Source: an uncultured Planctomycetota bacterium
GTDB taxonomy: Bacteria; Planctomycetota; Planctomycetia; Pirellulales; Lacipirellulaceae
Direction: 5' to 3'
Length of the DNA: 64,000 bases
Assembly: GCA_963719315.1 (NCBI GenBank)
Contig: CAVRBU010000017.1
Location: forward strand, 32,001-96,000
A program made the position numbers and the translations under genes. Positions 1 through 10,955 of this stretch are shown piece by piece. The notes under the pieces are model-generated. The model was not told where the DNA came from, made no database searches, and saw only the letters and a program-made list of their open reading frames with translations. Each line of letters begins with the position of its first letter. Within the stretch, counting starts at the first letter, position 1.

Positions 1-1148
1 TGAACTTCACGACCGATCTTGCCGCCGCCGTCTCGACGGCCGAAGTCGTGTACCTGGCCGTCGGTACGCCGCAAGGCGACAACGGCTCGGCCAACATGAC
101 GGCGCTCTGGTCGGTCGTCGACGGCATCGCGGCTCATTTACGGGCCGATGCGATTGTCGTCACCAAGAGCACTGTACCCGTCGGTACTTGCAGCAAGATT
201 TTTGCGCGGCTCAAGGAACGCACTGGCCGTGCATGCGACGTGGCGAGCAACCCCGAGTTCTTGAAAGAAGGCTCGGCCATCGAAGACTTCATAAAGCCCG
301 ACCGAGTCGTGATCGGCGTGCGTCGCGAAGAAGTCGGCGAAGTTTTACGCGAACTTTACAAACCATTCCTCCGCACCGAAAAGCCGTTTCTGCAAATGTC
401 GCCCGAGAGCGCCGAGCTCACCAAGTACGTCGCCAACGCGCTGCTTTCCACCAAGATCAGCTTCATCAACGAGATGGCCAACCTGTGCGAACGGATGCAC
501 GCCGACATCAACGATGTCCGCCGCGGCATCGGCCACGATAGCCGCATCGGCTTCGCGTTCCTGTTCCCCGGCGTCGGCTACGGCGGCAGTTGCTTCCCGA
601 AAGATGTGCGGGCGCTCGTGCGGATGGCCGAGGACCACGGCGTCGAACCGAAAATGATGCGGGCGGTAGACGCGGTCAACGAATCTCAAAAACGCGTTTT
701 CATCGAGAAGCTCGCTGCACACTTTGATGGCAAACTGCGCGGCAAAACAGTCGCGATCTGGGGCCTGGCGTTCAAGCCCCGAACCGACGACATCCGCGAG
801 GCCCCGGCGCTGGTACTCATCGATTGGCTGTTGCAGCAGGGAGCATTCGTGCAAGTCCACGACCCAGAAGCGATGGACAACGTCCGCCAGCAGTACGGTG
901 ACAAACTCACCTACTGTGCCAAACCCATGCACGCCCTCGACGGGGCGGACGCCCTGGCCATCATGACCGAGTGGGGAGATTACCAGCGGCCGGAGTTCAA
1001 AGCCATGTTCCAGCGGATGACCGCTCCCGTCATCTTCGACGGCCGCAACCTGTACGAACCCTGGGCGATGGAGCGGTTGGGCTTCACCTACCACAGCATA
1101 GGCCGCCGACCCGTGGGAGGAAGCGACAAGGAGACAGGGAGAGAATGA
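1..1148 (+). CDS. ugd: UDP-glucose 6-dehydrogenase, 5' end outside the window
   Basis: The frame is open from position 3. Family motifs present: [17 protein letters not shown], catalytic [16 protein letters not shown] and DGRN. Confidence 0.93.
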   Translation, partial: NFTTDLAAAVSTAEVVYLAVGTPQGDNGSANMTALWSVVDGIAAHLRADAIVVTKSTVPVGTCSKIFARLKERTGRACDVASNPEFLKEGSAIEDFIKPDRVVIGVRREEVGEVLRELYKPFLRTEKPFLQMSPESAELTKYVANALLSTKISFINEMANLCERMHADINDVRRGIGHDSRIGFAFLFPGVGYGGSCFPKDVRALVRMAEDHGVEPKMMRAVDAVNESQKRVFIEKLAAHFDGKLRGKTVAIWGLAFKPRTDDIREAPALVLIDWLLQQGAFVQVHDPEAMDNVRQQYGDKLTYCAKPMHALDGADALAIMTEWGDYQRPEFKAMFQRMTAPVIFDGRNLYEPWAMERLGFTYHSIGRRPVGGSDKETGRE

Positions 1149-1208
1149 AACAACGAGACACAATGACTTGTATTTCTCCTTGTCTCCCCCTCTCCTTGTC
1201 TCCTTGTC
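1125..1208. repeat. 8-bp periodic inverted-repeat hairpin (GACAAGGA / TCCTTGTC units)
   Basis: Arms read gacaaggagacagggaga and tctccttgtctccccctctccttgtctccttgtc. It overlaps the ugd stop. A second family member lies at 32421-32517. Confidence 0.8.
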
Positions 1209-1291
1209 TAAAGTGCCTCTAGGGAACGATATCCACCGTTTTCTTGACCTAACTTTAGCCACCGCCTACTCTTAAAGGTGAGAAAGAGGCC

Positions 1292-3544
1292 ATGATCGAG
1301 TGTAAGCGACTATCGTTGGGGACGGTATTGGCGCTGGCCTGCGCGCTCACATTCACCTCTCTAGCCAATGCCACCGGCGTGCCGATCAGCGGCTTCTACC
1401 CTTTCGCCGGCATCAGCCTGACGACTAAGCACGATACCGATTCCGATCCGACGTTTACGTTTTTCCAAGCCGACTACGAGACTTCCTACTTGGGCACGCC
1501 ATTAGGAGTCGGCGGCACCCCACACTTCGAGCTAGCCCTGATCGACACCGGCGCTGCAACGTCGCTCATTACTTCAACCGCGGATACGGCATTCAACATC
1601 GCGGGGGCCGGCTATCGCGGAACGGCCGAACTTCCGATCGGCGGCGCCACAGGGTCGCTGATTGCCATCACCAACGACCCGATGGCCATTTACGCTTCCG
1701 GTGTGGGTCCGACCAATCGCACGAGTTCCAGCCCGCTGACGCTCAACACCGGATTGATGGTTGGTCAGTCGAGCATTTCACTGGCCACGTTGCCGCCCGA
1801 ATCTGATCTTCCTAACGTGCTGGGCATTCCGTTTTCGAGCCAGTACTCTACGTACATACGCAACGATCAGCCGCAAATGTTTTCGTTGGGCGGCAAAACA
1901 GTCCGCACGCCGCAGATTCAGTTCATGCCATTGGGCGGGGGCGGCCAGGGGATCGTCCGCCGCGTGCCGATCACGCTGGACGATACAAACGCATTTCTTT
2001 CCCCGCCGCAATACACGTTCGACTTCAATAACATTTTCGCCGATCCACCGGTCCCCTGGACCAATGATCCGCTCTATCCCACGCTGATGCTGGGCGCGAG
2101 CGGCCAACCTGCTGCCGGATATTTTGTAAACGTCAACGTCAGCAACGAAGGGAACTCGCTGACCAATACGCCGTTTCTGTTAGATACGGGTGCTGACGTA
2201 TCCGTCGTTTCGGAAATCAACGCCGTGAATTTGGGTTTCGACCCAGTTCTCGACACGCCCGATTTCACCGTATCGGTCCTTGGGTCGGGCGGAACGCTGG
2301 AAAAAGTTCCCGGCTTCTATGTTGATCAATTCACGATACCGGCCGTGGGAGGCACCATTACACTGACCCATGTGCCGTTCATCGTGTTGGACTTCCCAAA
2401 CCCGGCGCACGTCGGAAACGTCGCCCAGGGATTGATCGGAATGAACGCCCTCGCGGGGCGAAACGTTGTGATCGATCCAAATCCGGCGACGGGCGGGGGC
2501 GGCAATAGTCCCAGCTTGTACATCAGCGATCCTGTGACCACCAACCACAACTGGTCGAACGCGACGACCAGCGGCGCTTGGACCACCGGTGGCAATTGGA
2601 ACGCTTCTGGCACGCCCGACATCTTATGGATTGCCAATGCCCGAAACGTTTCGGGTAGCGTTCAAGAGACCGTCGTGTCAACCAACTCAACGGTCTGGGA
2701 GTTGAATGTCTCCGGCAACGGTCCGGCGACGATGACTGTCCGGATCGCCAGTGGCGTCACGCTTGCGACATTTTCAGGCACGAATCTGGAAGCTGGTGGC
2801 AAGCTGCAGCTCGACGGTGGAACGCTTGACTCCCAATACGTCGACATCCGTGGGGGCACGCTCACCGGAACTGGCATCGTTGCTACCGGCAGCGGACCGA
2901 TCACTGGGCAAGTGGAGAATCATGGCGGCATCGTCGCGCCCGGCATCGTTGTCGGCACATTGAGTATTTCTGGAAGCTTTTCCAACGCGTTCGACGGCAC
3001 GCTCGCTTTTGAATTAGGCGGCACGACTGAGGGCACGCAATTTGATCAACTGCTTGCGACTGGAAGTGTCGCCCTGGATGGCACGTTGGCCGTTTCACTC
3101 GTCAACTTGGGCAGTGGCACTTTTGCGCCGATTGTTGGCAGTTCCTTCACGCTGATCACCGCCACCGATGGCGTCGGCGGCGCGTTCGACTTCGTTCAGG
3201 GTCCGGACGGCTACAACTGGAAAGTGAATTATCTTGCCAACAGCGTGCAGCTCGTTGTTGGAAATCCCGGCGACTTCAACAACGACGGCGTTGTGAATGC
3301 GAGCGACTACGTCGTCTGGCGCAACAACGGCGGCGGCCCGCTGAATTTCGACGCTTGGAGAAGCCACTTCGGCACGACCTACGGCAGCGGCGTCGGCGCA
3401 GGAACAGCTGCTGCCGTCCCCGAACCCACAAGCGTCCTGTTGATAACTTGCGCCGTTTGCGGTTTAGCGCTCGCCGGATGCCGCGTCACTCGGCCCGCTC
3501 GGTCCGCAGCGTCGATTCGCTGTGCAGCGTCGTTTTCGATGTAA
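1292..3544 (+). CDS. Secreted PEP-CTERM protein with two retropepsin-like aspartyl protease domains and a dockerin-like repeat
   Basis: N-terminal signal peptide; LIDTGA and LLDTGAD motifs; GDFNNDGVVNASDY repeat; C-terminal VPEP followed by a hydrophobic helix and basic tail. Confidence 0.8.
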   Translation: MIECKRLSLGTVLALACALTFTSLANATGVPISGFYPFAGISLTTKHDTDSDPTFTFFQADYETSYLGTPLGVGGTPHFELALIDTGAATSLITSTADTAFNIAGAGYRGTAELPIGGATGSLIAITNDPMAIYASGVGPTNRTSSSPLTLNTGLMVGQSSISLATLPPESDLPNVLGIPFSSQYSTYIRNDQPQMFSLGGKTVRTPQIQFMPLGGGGQGIVRRVPITLDDTNAFLSPPQYTFDFNNIFADPPVPWTNDPLYPTLMLGASGQPAAGYFVNVNVSNEGNSLTNTPFLLDTGADVSVVSEINAVNLGFDPVLDTPDFTVSVLGSGGTLEKVPGFYVDQFTIPAVGGTITLTHVPFIVLDFPNPAHVGNVAQGLIGMNALAGRNVVIDPNPATGGGGNSPSLYISDPVTTNHNWSNATTSGAWTTGGNWNASGTPDILWIANARNVSGSVQETVVSTNSTVWELNVSGNGPATMTVRIASGVTLATFSGTNLEAGGKLQLDGGTLDSQYVDIRGGTLTGTGIVATGSGPITGQVENHGGIVAPGIVVGTLSISGSFSNAFDGTLAFELGGTTEGTQFDQLLATGSVALDGTLAVSLVNLGSGTFAPIVGSSFTLITATDGVGGAFDFVQGPDGYNWKVNYLANSVQLVVGNPGDFNNDGVVNASDYVVWRNNGGGPLNFDAWRSHFGTTYGSGVGAGTAAAVPEPTSVLLITCAVCGLALAGCRVTRPARSAASIRCAASFSM

Positions 3545-3910
3545 ACCGCGGCGCGATGAGCCCATTGCTGTTCATCGGGAGATCGACTGCCACGGTCACT
3601 TTCTTCGTCGAAGTTGTCAGCGTAGCAGGCGTAACGGTGACCTTGGCGCTTGCGCGCCGACGATCTTGAGAATGCTGTTGACCTTGGCCGTCGCGTCGGC
3701 TGCCGTAGCGCCGGGAACCATTGCCGCCCGGGCCCCTTCGTAGGCGGCGTTATCCGCCGTGTGACGCAGGACGTTCAGCCAACCGAACTCGAACGACGCC
3801 AGCAAGAACAAGAAAAACACCGGCGCCGCAATCGCGAATTCCACAGCGACGGCGCCGCGCTTGGCGCGCCGCTGGCGTCCACGTTCGGATTGTCGCAAGA
3901 GTTTGATCAC
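3486..3910 (-). CDS. TadE-like pseudopilin, frameshift near 3650
   Basis: RGAVAVEFAIAAP prepilin motif. After the shift the frame continues AKVTVTPATLT...TLRTERAE to a TGA at 3486. Confidence 0.78.
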
Positions 3911-3971
3911 GTCCGCACCAGTTCGTTCTCGTCTAGTACCAGAACCCTCTCCCTTTGGGAGAGAGAGTGTA

Positions 3972-5134
3972 TTAGTCGGTCAGCATCACGGGCAATGTCG
4001 AGGCGATTTCCTTGAAGATCCGCGCCAGGTCTGCGGCCGTGGGGGCATGGAAGTGGCGTCCACCCGTCGCGGCGGCCACGTCTTCCATGCGCTTGATATC
4101 GGCGTCGCTGCTAAACGTAATCGTATGGATCAAGATGTCTTTCTTGGCCGCGTTGCGAGCAGAGAGTACCGGCTCCGGTCCCAAATTGTGGATGCCGTCG
4201 GTCATCACGATCATTGTCTTCACGGCAAACGGCCGAATCTTTTTGCCCGTCAGCACCTTGATGCCATCGTCGATGCCGGCCGAAATCGAAGTGTTGCCCT
4301 TGACGGGCTTGCTGCTCAGCGATGCCATCGCCGAGCGGATCACCGAATAGTCGCTGGACAAATCGGAGTTGATATCCGAGATGTTGTACTTGAAGCCGCA
4401 TTGAGTCGTATTGCTGGAATAACTTACGAGCGCAACGTGTTCGTCCTGACTCGTTTTGTCGAGTTCCTGTAGAAACGCCTCGAGTGCGATGTTGAGTGCG
4501 CCCAGCGGCTGCGCGTCGGATCGGGCGGACCGCAATCGGGCGCGCCCTTCGGCAAACTCGAGCCGGTGAGCGTCCACATCATCGAACCAGAGCGATCCAC
4601 CACGAGGCAGATATCGCGATCGAGTTGCGTGGACGTGGCCGTTTCGACCGGTTGGAATTGCTTGACGCCAAGCGCGCCGGCGAATAACAGGTCGACGGGG
4701 CCGGTCAGAGAACCCTTTGTGCGCTTCCCGTTGATCTGCACGGCGTTGGGCGCGTTGCCACCGGCGGTAAATTTGAATCGCGAAGCATCGTTCGCCTGCG
4801 TTCCGGTGCCGAAGACGATATCGCTATCGGACAGGAGCAGGGGATCGCCCGCCACCAGATTTCGCTTGGCAGTGTCCTTCGCCCGATCGCGGGCCGTATT
4901 GACGCTTTGCGACAGGCTCAATTCCTTGGCGCCCGCTCTAGCGGCGGCATCGGTGGAAGTCCGCAGTTCCGTGCGTACCAACTGCATCCAGGCCACGTCG
5001 ATCGCAAATGCGGCCATGATGATGCACAACGGCAAACAGATCGCGATCAATACCAACATCGCGGCTCGGCGGCTGTTTTTGCGGCTCTTGCGGTAGTTGC
5101 AAATCATACGAGTGATCCCGTGAGTTTGAACCAA
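3972..5134 (-). CDS. TadG-like pilus protein with C-terminal vWA domain, frameshift near 4502
   Basis: N-terminal TM segment and AAFAIDVAW...DAAARAGA. MIDAS motif DRSGSM lies in the first ORF; VMTDG and HTITFS lie in the second. Restoring one G in a G run joins them. Confidence 0.82.
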
Positions 5135-5608
5135 TTAGTTTTCAATCATCATCGAGGCGGTTGCCGACAGGGTTCGGCCTCGATAGAACGTCGTCGGCAC
5201 GAGCGAGTTCGAGGCGCACGGCGCGCTGACCGTCACGTCGATGAAATCGCCCGGATTCAACGACGCGATATTCGATGGTTTGATCGATACCGTTGCGCCT
5301 CGAATGTTGCGGTCCGCCAGGATTTGGTCGCATGACGCCTGCACGGTGGCCGTGGTGGCGCCTTGCTCCAGCGCAGTCCGCACGCCTTCATACGCGGCCA
5401 CGGTGAGCGACTGCTTCAAAAACAGTGCGGAACAGGCCTCGATCGAGGCAATCACCAGCAGGACAACGACCGGCAAGCACACGGCCAACTCGGCCGCGGC
5501 GACGCCGCGCCGTTTTCCGCCGCGAATTGGCCGGCGACTGCCGCCGCCGATACTTGTCTTATGTTGAATCGTAGCCATATATCGATCGACGCTCGCCGTC
5601 GTTCGCAA
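5135..5608 (-). CDS. TadE-like pseudopilin
   Basis: RRGVAAAELAVCLP prepilin-type N-terminus followed by AAYEGVR. Confidence 0.82.
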   Translation of the reverse strand: MRTTASVDRYMATIQHKTSIGGGSRRPIRGGKRRGVAAAELAVCLPVVVLLVIASIEACSALFLKQSLTVAAYEGVRTALEQGATTATVQASCDQILADRNIRGATVSIKPSNIASLNPGDFIDVTVSAPCASNSLVPTTFYRGRTLSATASMMIEN

Positions 5609-5614
5609 AGAACT

Positions 5615-6094
5615 TTATTTGTTGGACGCAGTCAATTCTTCGGATGGTGTCAACTGCTCGTCGGCGGTGGACTCGGTTTGTTCGTTGTCGAACGCGCCCA
5701 ACTGCGTGAGCATTGCGTTGTAGTCTTCCGCCAAATCCTTCCAGAAATCGTGCCGGCGGAATTTCAGCTTCCTGGGAGCTGCGCCGGCCGCAATTTCGCA
5801 GATTGCACGACGCAAGTTGAAGACCGGCCCCGTGAAGCGATGGCTTAGTTTGATGCTGTCGACAACGAACACCGGCAGCAAGAACACCATCACCAGCAGG
5901 AACGGCCCGTGGGTAAACCACATGTCCTGCAAGTGAGCCGAGATCGGTCGGAACGGATTCGAGAGCACCTGCAAAATGAACGACACCAGGAACGCCACGG
6001 CCATGAACGCCAGCCAGTGCAACAAGATCCGGCGGGCCAGGGCGCCTTGTACGTTCGAGTCGATGAAATGCTTCGTTCTTCGTGGTTGGGCCAT
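5615..6094 (-). CDS. Hypothetical two-TM membrane protein with HAMP-like C-terminal segment
   Basis: Two hydrophobic stretches, then SHRFTGPV...LAEDYNAML. Co-oriented with the tad genes. Confidence 0.65.
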   Translation of the reverse strand: MAQPRRTKHFIDSNVQGALARRILLHWLAFMAVAFLVSFILQVLSNPFRPISAHLQDMWFTHGPFLLVMVFLLPVFVVDSIKLSHRFTGPVFNLRRAICEIAAGAAPRKLKFRRHDFWKDLAEDYNAMLTQLGAFDNEQTESTADEQLTPSEELTASNK

Positions 6095-6434
6095 GAGAAA
6101 ACCCTCAATTCAAACGGACCGTGAAAGAGCGCCTCGTGGCGCTCGCGACTTCTGGCGGCCGCAATGTTTCGCGTCGCAATGTGCGAAACTTCGGTCTGCC
6201 GGAAGTTGAGCTTTACGAAAGCTTAGGCCACGATGCGCCGGATTGCGGCGACGCGCGGGATCGCAGCGGTAGAGCTCGCCGCAGAATTGATTACATCAAA
6301 AGCGGCAAAATCGGCACGATTGGAACTACACCGTTGCTGAAGCCGCAAGACTTCAGACCCTATCTCACTTTCAACAAGAATCTTTGGCCCGGCGACTGGA
6401 TTGAAAGGCGACCGTTGAAAGAAGGAGGAAAGGA

Positions 6435-6494
6435 ACGCTAATCTCCGCTAATCAGCCCTAATCGGGATCAGCGGAGATTCGTGAAGATTAGCGT
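6435..6494. repeat. 10-bp periodic hairpin (CGCTAATC units)
   Basis: Arms read cgctaatctc cgctaatcag ccctaatc and gatcagcgga gattcgtgaa gattagcgt. It supplies the stop codon at 6488. Confidence 0.75.
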
Positions 6495-6949
6495 ACCTGC
6501 GATTCGTCAGTCACTGGTGGGCTTTTCGGCAGCTTCAGCGACAGCCGCGGGACGCGGATGGAGATGTCGTCGGCGTTGGGGGGAGTTTTGGGACGGGCGG
6601 TTTCGGTGTTAGTGTCGTCGAGTTCGTCGAACGGGCGGCCTTCGAAGATGTTTAGCCGTTGGTTGCTGCCGCCGTCGTCTTGGCCGTTGTCGCCGGCGCT
6701 GTAGAGCAGGTAGCCGTCGTCGATGCGTCGGTAGAGGAACGGTTTGGCGTGGTAGAGATCGGTTGGTGCTTTGTCGAGCACGGCGGGGACGAGTTCTTCG
6801 AGGTTGGCCGGGTAGGCGCCATGCTCCGCGCGATACACGGCGAGCGCAGCGGCGATGCGTGTGAGGTCGAAGGTTGTGTTGGCGCGATCTTCGGCGTCGA
6901 AAGCTGTTCTGACAAACGGTAGAAACTGGGCAATAAAACGGGTCGCGAC

Positions 6950-7941
6950 TGCTCAGTAGAAAACGTCTGAATGCTAGCTAAACATCGGTGTGTGTTGGTT
7001 CGTATGACGGTGGATGAAGACGAGCAAGAGTCCGAAGCGCGTGTTGGTCGAGGCACTGGCCGTGGCCCAGGCTTCGCTGCCGCGGTACTCGCATCGGTTC
7101 AGCCCACGGGTCTTCACGCAGCATCAACTGTTTGCCTGTCTGGTGCTCAAGGATTTTTACAACCTGACCTATCGGGGCACCGTTGGCCTGTTGGCGGACA
7201 GCGATTCGCTGTGCGAAGCGATCGGCCTGGAAAAGGTGCCCCACTTCACGACGCTGCAAAAGTCGGCCGATCGGTTGTTGGTGAAGAAGTCGTTTCAACG
7301 GCTGATCACGGCCACGGTCCAGCGGGCACGGAAGGCCAAGCTGCTCCGCCGCTCCGTGCGATTGGCAGCCATCGACACCAGCGGCTTCGAAGCGCGGCAC
7401 ACCAGTCGCTACTATGCCTGGCGTCGAAAAAAGGTGGGAAAACACGGACGAACGTGCGCCGTCTCCTATCGCCGCTACCCCAAGCTGGGCGTGGTCTGCG
7501 ACACGACGAGTCATTTCTGCCTGGCGGCCCGGGCTAGCCAGGGACCGCGGCCCGACTTCGGCGATTTCCGCCCGCTCGTCGTCGAAGCGCAGGCTCGCAC
7601 CGGAGTGAAGGCGGTCGCGGCGGACGCCGGCTTCGACAGCGAAGCCAACCACGTGTTGGCCCGCGACGAACTGGGGATTCAGTCCCTGATCCCCGCCGAG
7701 CACGGCCGACCGCCGGCCGGGGAACCCGTGGGCCGCTATCGAAAGCAGATGAAACGTCATTTGCACGAAAGTCGTTATGGACAACGTTGGCAGGTGGAAA
7801 CCGTCTACTCGATGATCAAACGTCTCTCGGGAGAAGTCGTCAACGCCCGCACCCACTGGCGCCGCTGCCGACTCCTGCTCCTCAAAACACTCACTCACAA
7901 CATCTCGATTCTCAGACAACACCTAGGTTTTCTACTGAGCA
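6950..7941 (+). mobile_element. Insertion sequence (IS5/IS4-like DDE), about 1 kb
   Basis: Perfect TIRs tgctcagtagaaaac (6950-6964) and gttttctactgagca (7927-7941). Flanking 9-bp direct repeat ggtcgcgac at 6941-6949 and 7942-7950. Confidence 0.93.
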
Positions 7942-7976
7942 GGTCGCGACCGCGTTACTGCGGGTCGAAGGATTGA
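7014..7976 (+). CDS. DDE transposase
   Basis: AIDTSG, ADAGFD and YGQRWQVETVYSMIK (Y-R-E-K signature). It starts inside the left TIR boundary and reads through the right TIR. Confidence 0.92.
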   Translation: MKTSKSPKRVLVEALAVAQASLPRYSHRFSPRVFTQHQLFACLVLKDFYNLTYRGTVGLLADSDSLCEAIGLEKVPHFTTLQKSADRLLVKKSFQRLITATVQRARKAKLLRRSVRLAAIDTSGFEARHTSRYYAWRRKKVGKHGRTCAVSYRRYPKLGVVCDTTSHFCLAARASQGPRPDFGDFRPLVVEAQARTGVKAVAADAGFDSEANHVLARDELGIQSLIPAEHGRPPAGEPVGRYRKQMKRHLHESRYGQRWQVETVYSMIKRLSGEVVNARTHWRRCRLLLLKTLTHNISILRQHLGFLLSRSRPRYCGSKD

Positions 7977-9260
7977 TGGCCGCGGCGAACAGCGAATTCG
8001 CGCCTCCAGTTGCGGGTCCAGTTGAGTGAGATCGGTTTCGATCTGGTCGAGCGCCTGCAGCCGCGCAGCGTGATCCTTCATCAGAGCGGCGGCTACAAAG
8101 CGATCGTAGAATTCGTTGCCTTTGCGAAGTGCGACATTCCAATCAACGCGGAAATGGCGCGCATAAGCAATCTGTTTATCCTCGCCTATCAAACGGAGCG
8201 AATCGCCATCTAGATTTCCGTGACTCAGCGCGATGACCGCATCCAAATACATGACACGTTCCATCTCTAAGGAATCGGCAATTCCTGCGAAACGCGGCAG
8301 AGTTGCCAAGTCGTTCATCATCTGACGGGCTGTGTCGGCGGATGGCTTGCCTGCATGCAGCATCGCGACAGTACTCGCGCAAGTCAAATTGCTGATCGCT
8401 ATTCCCACGAACTGTTCGACCAGAGTTGGGCCTTGCGTCGCAAGTCGGCCGATGCGGTGTGCGGCCAACAAATCGCGCCATGCTTCATCGACGCGATGTT
8501 CGCCCGTGTGCCACATCGCTCGGGCATCAGCGAACGGCCGGCCTCTCGCACGCCTTGTGCTCCAGGCAGAAGCATCATGACCAGCACTTCGGGCTCTTTG
8601 TTGAGAAAAGAAGGCGACGGAAAATAGCAGCGCGACCGATGCGAGCCTGCGATGAGAGCGTCTAATGGTTGCTTGTTATCTGCCGCCCATTTGCCGAGAG
8701 ATGGGTACTGTGCGCTCGTCCAAGGCCGCGAAATGACTTGGTCCAGCAATTTGTCGGCGCCGTCTAGATTCGCGGATGACTTCGGCAGAGAGGCGGCAAT
8801 TTGCTTATAAATCGGGACGAGCGCCGCGGACTTGGATGGAATAGCGTGCAGTCCGAGTTCGGTGGTGATGGCTGCGTAATTCGACGGACGCAGTTCGCCC
8901 GGCCATAGTGCGGGCCAGAGAATTGCGGCGGCATTGTTCTCCGGCGTTACGCCGGCGCGAGAGCGTTCGAGGAGGTACGCTTCGTAGTCGGGCAGGCCGT
9001 TGGGCTGGAGCGGCGTTGTGATGTAGGTCGTTTGCTGGGAGACGATGATCTGCGGGCTGGGGCCGAAGAGCTGGAGCAAGAAGAGCAGCATGAGCAGAAG
9101 AAAGAGACCGCCGAGCCACCAGAAGATGCTGGGTTTCTTCCGCGGCGGTTGGAAGGGGGCGTCGGTGGGCATACCCTCAGTTGTAGCGGAATTCGCAAGA
9201 ATTCCAATTCTTGCGGCAGCGATTTGAAGTCTTGCGACTTCAGCTACGGTTTTGAAATCG

Positions 9261-10955
9261 TCACGGCGCTGGTGGTTTCGGCAACTCGAACGGGGAAACT
9301 GGAAGGCGGACCGAGTAGTCGTCGGCGTTCTTGGGGATCTTGTCGCGGAGTGTTTCGGCTTCGTCCGGGGGCAGTCCATCTTCCGAGCGGCCTTCGAAGA
9401 TGCTCATTTGTTCGTTGCTGCCGGCTTCGTCGCGGCCGTTGCGGCCCACGGTATAGAGCAAATAGCCTCGTTCAAATCGTCTGTAGAGTATGGGTTTCGC
9501 ATGCAGGGGATCGGCCGGCAGTTTGGGGAGCACGCCGGGCAGGAGGTCGTCGAGCGTTTTCGGATATTCGCCGTGCTCGGCGCGGTACACGGCGAGGGCG
9601 GCTTCGACTTTCGTGAGTATTAGGATGGAGTTCGTACGATCTTCCGCGCCGGATACCGCGCTTATTGCTGGCAGCATCAAGGCGCTGATGATAGATCCGA
9701 CAACATCGCTTCTCGCGTTGCGGCTGAAGAGGGCCGACACCAATCGACCTGGCTGCTTGATCTGGCGAGGCTCGTCCGCCAGTTCTGTCTCAAAAATGGC
9801 GAGTGCCTGCTCTCGTTCGTCGCCGGGTGGAAGCCGCATGGCGGCGGCGACCTCATCATAAGCGTGATTCAATTTTTTCATCGCGACGTTCCAATCGACC
9901 GATACATAATCGACGGGTGAACTCGCTTGAACGCCTGTCCCGAATTCGCCCAGTTGGCTGAATCCATACAACTTCATGTGAACGATCGCGTCCAAGGTCG
10001 ACAATCGCTCCATTTGATCGATGCAATTCGCGATGTTGGCAAAAGGCGGCACGGCGGCCAGGTCGTGCTGGATTTGGGTCGCAAGTTCTTTCGTCAATTG
10101 ATCGCTGCTGAGGAGTGCCGCGGTGGCGTTGCACGCCATTCCACGGATTGCCATCCCCACAAGTTGTTCGATCAAGGTTTGGCCTTGAGCGACCAGGCCG
10201 GACAGTCGGTACATCGCCAGGTTATCTTGCCAGGCTTCGCTCAAGCGATTCTCGCCGATATTTCGCATGGCACGCATTTTAAGGCCACGAACGCCGTCGC
10301 GGACGGCTTGCGGGCCGGGCAGCAGCATCGCGATCAGCGTATCGTGCCGATCATCGAGAAACGTAGGAGACGGCGAGTAATATCGCGGTCGGCGGGAGGC
10401 TTCGACGATGAGGTCCAGCGGCTTTTGGTTGGCGTCGACCCACTCGTCCAGCGGAGGCGCCTGCTTGCTGGTCCAGGGATGGTCCAGCGCGGCATCGATG
10501 ATTGCATCGACGTCGGGTTCGACATCGCCCTCTTTCGGCTTCGGCAGCCAACTGAGCACGCGTTTGCGATTGGCCTCTCCGTAGACGGATTGCATCGCAT
10601 CTTTGGCGGACGGAATTTCGCTAAGGCCGAGTTCGGTTGCTATCGCTTCATAATCCCGGGGATCGAGCTCGCTAGGCCAGAGCGCCTGGAACAACAGCAC
10701 GGCGGCGTTGTTTTCCGGCGTAACGCCCGCGCGCAATTTTTGACGCACATACTCTTCGTAATTGGGAACGCCGGACGGCAATAGCGGCGCGGTGATGTAC
10801 GTGGTTTGCTTCGAGATAATGATCCGCGGGCTGGGGCCGATGAGCTGGAAGAGGAAGACCGCGCCGAGCAATAGCACCATTCCGCCCAGCCACCAGAAGA
10901 CGCTGATTTTCTTTTTCGGCGGCGTGAAGGGGGCGTCGGTGGAAGTTGGATTCAC
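9261..10955 (-). CDS. Large membrane-anchored hypothetical protein with GspG/pseudopilin-like C-terminal motif
   Basis: N-terminal basic stretch plus TM helix. C-terminal LAVYRAEHGEYPKTLDDL...LPADP...YLLYTVGRNG. The GTG start overlaps the upstream TGA. Confidence 0.75.
   Translation of the reverse strand: MNPTSTDAPFTPPKKKISVFWWLGGMVLLLGAVFLFQLIGPSPRIIISKQTTYITAPLLPSGVPNYEEYVRQKLRAGVTPENNAAVLLFQALWPSELDPRDYEAIATELGLSEIPSAKDAMQSVYGEANRKRVLSWLPKPKEGDVEPDVDAIIDAALDHPWTSKQAPPLDEWVDANQKPLDLIVEASRRPRYYSPSPTFLDDRHDTLIAMLLPGPQAVRDGVRGLKMRAMRNIGENRLSEAWQDNLAMYRLSGLVAQGQTLIEQLVGMAIRGMACNATAALLSSDQLTKELATQIQHDLAAVPPFANIANCIDQMERLSTLDAIVHMKLYGFSQLGEFGTGVQASSPVDYVSVDWNVAMKKLNHAYDEVAAAMRLPPGDEREQALAIFETELADEPRQIKQPGRLVSALFSRNARSDVVGSIISALMLPAISAVSGAEDRTNSILILTKVEAALAVYRAEHGEYPKTLDDLLPGVLPKLPADPLHAKPILYRRFERGYLLYTVGRNGRDEAGSNEQMSIFEGRSEDGLPPDEAETLRDKIPKNADDYSVRLPVSPFELPKPPAP

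Larger units (their letters stand above)
6488..9172 (-). pseudogene. Membrane-anchored hypothetical protein, paralog of 9261-10955, interrupted by an IS and two frameshifts
   Basis: The fragments align with the neighbouring paralog (PENNAA, LVEQFVG, LAVYRAEHG). Removing the IS and one copy of the target duplication restores ...TRSNAVATRFIAQFLP... Confidence 0.85.

Noticed and set aside
6121..6441. 106-aa ORF upstream of the tad cassette (also 45000-45383 and 42730-43014)
   Set aside because: No motifs or RBS, and they overlap promoter or repeat DNA; probably spurious.
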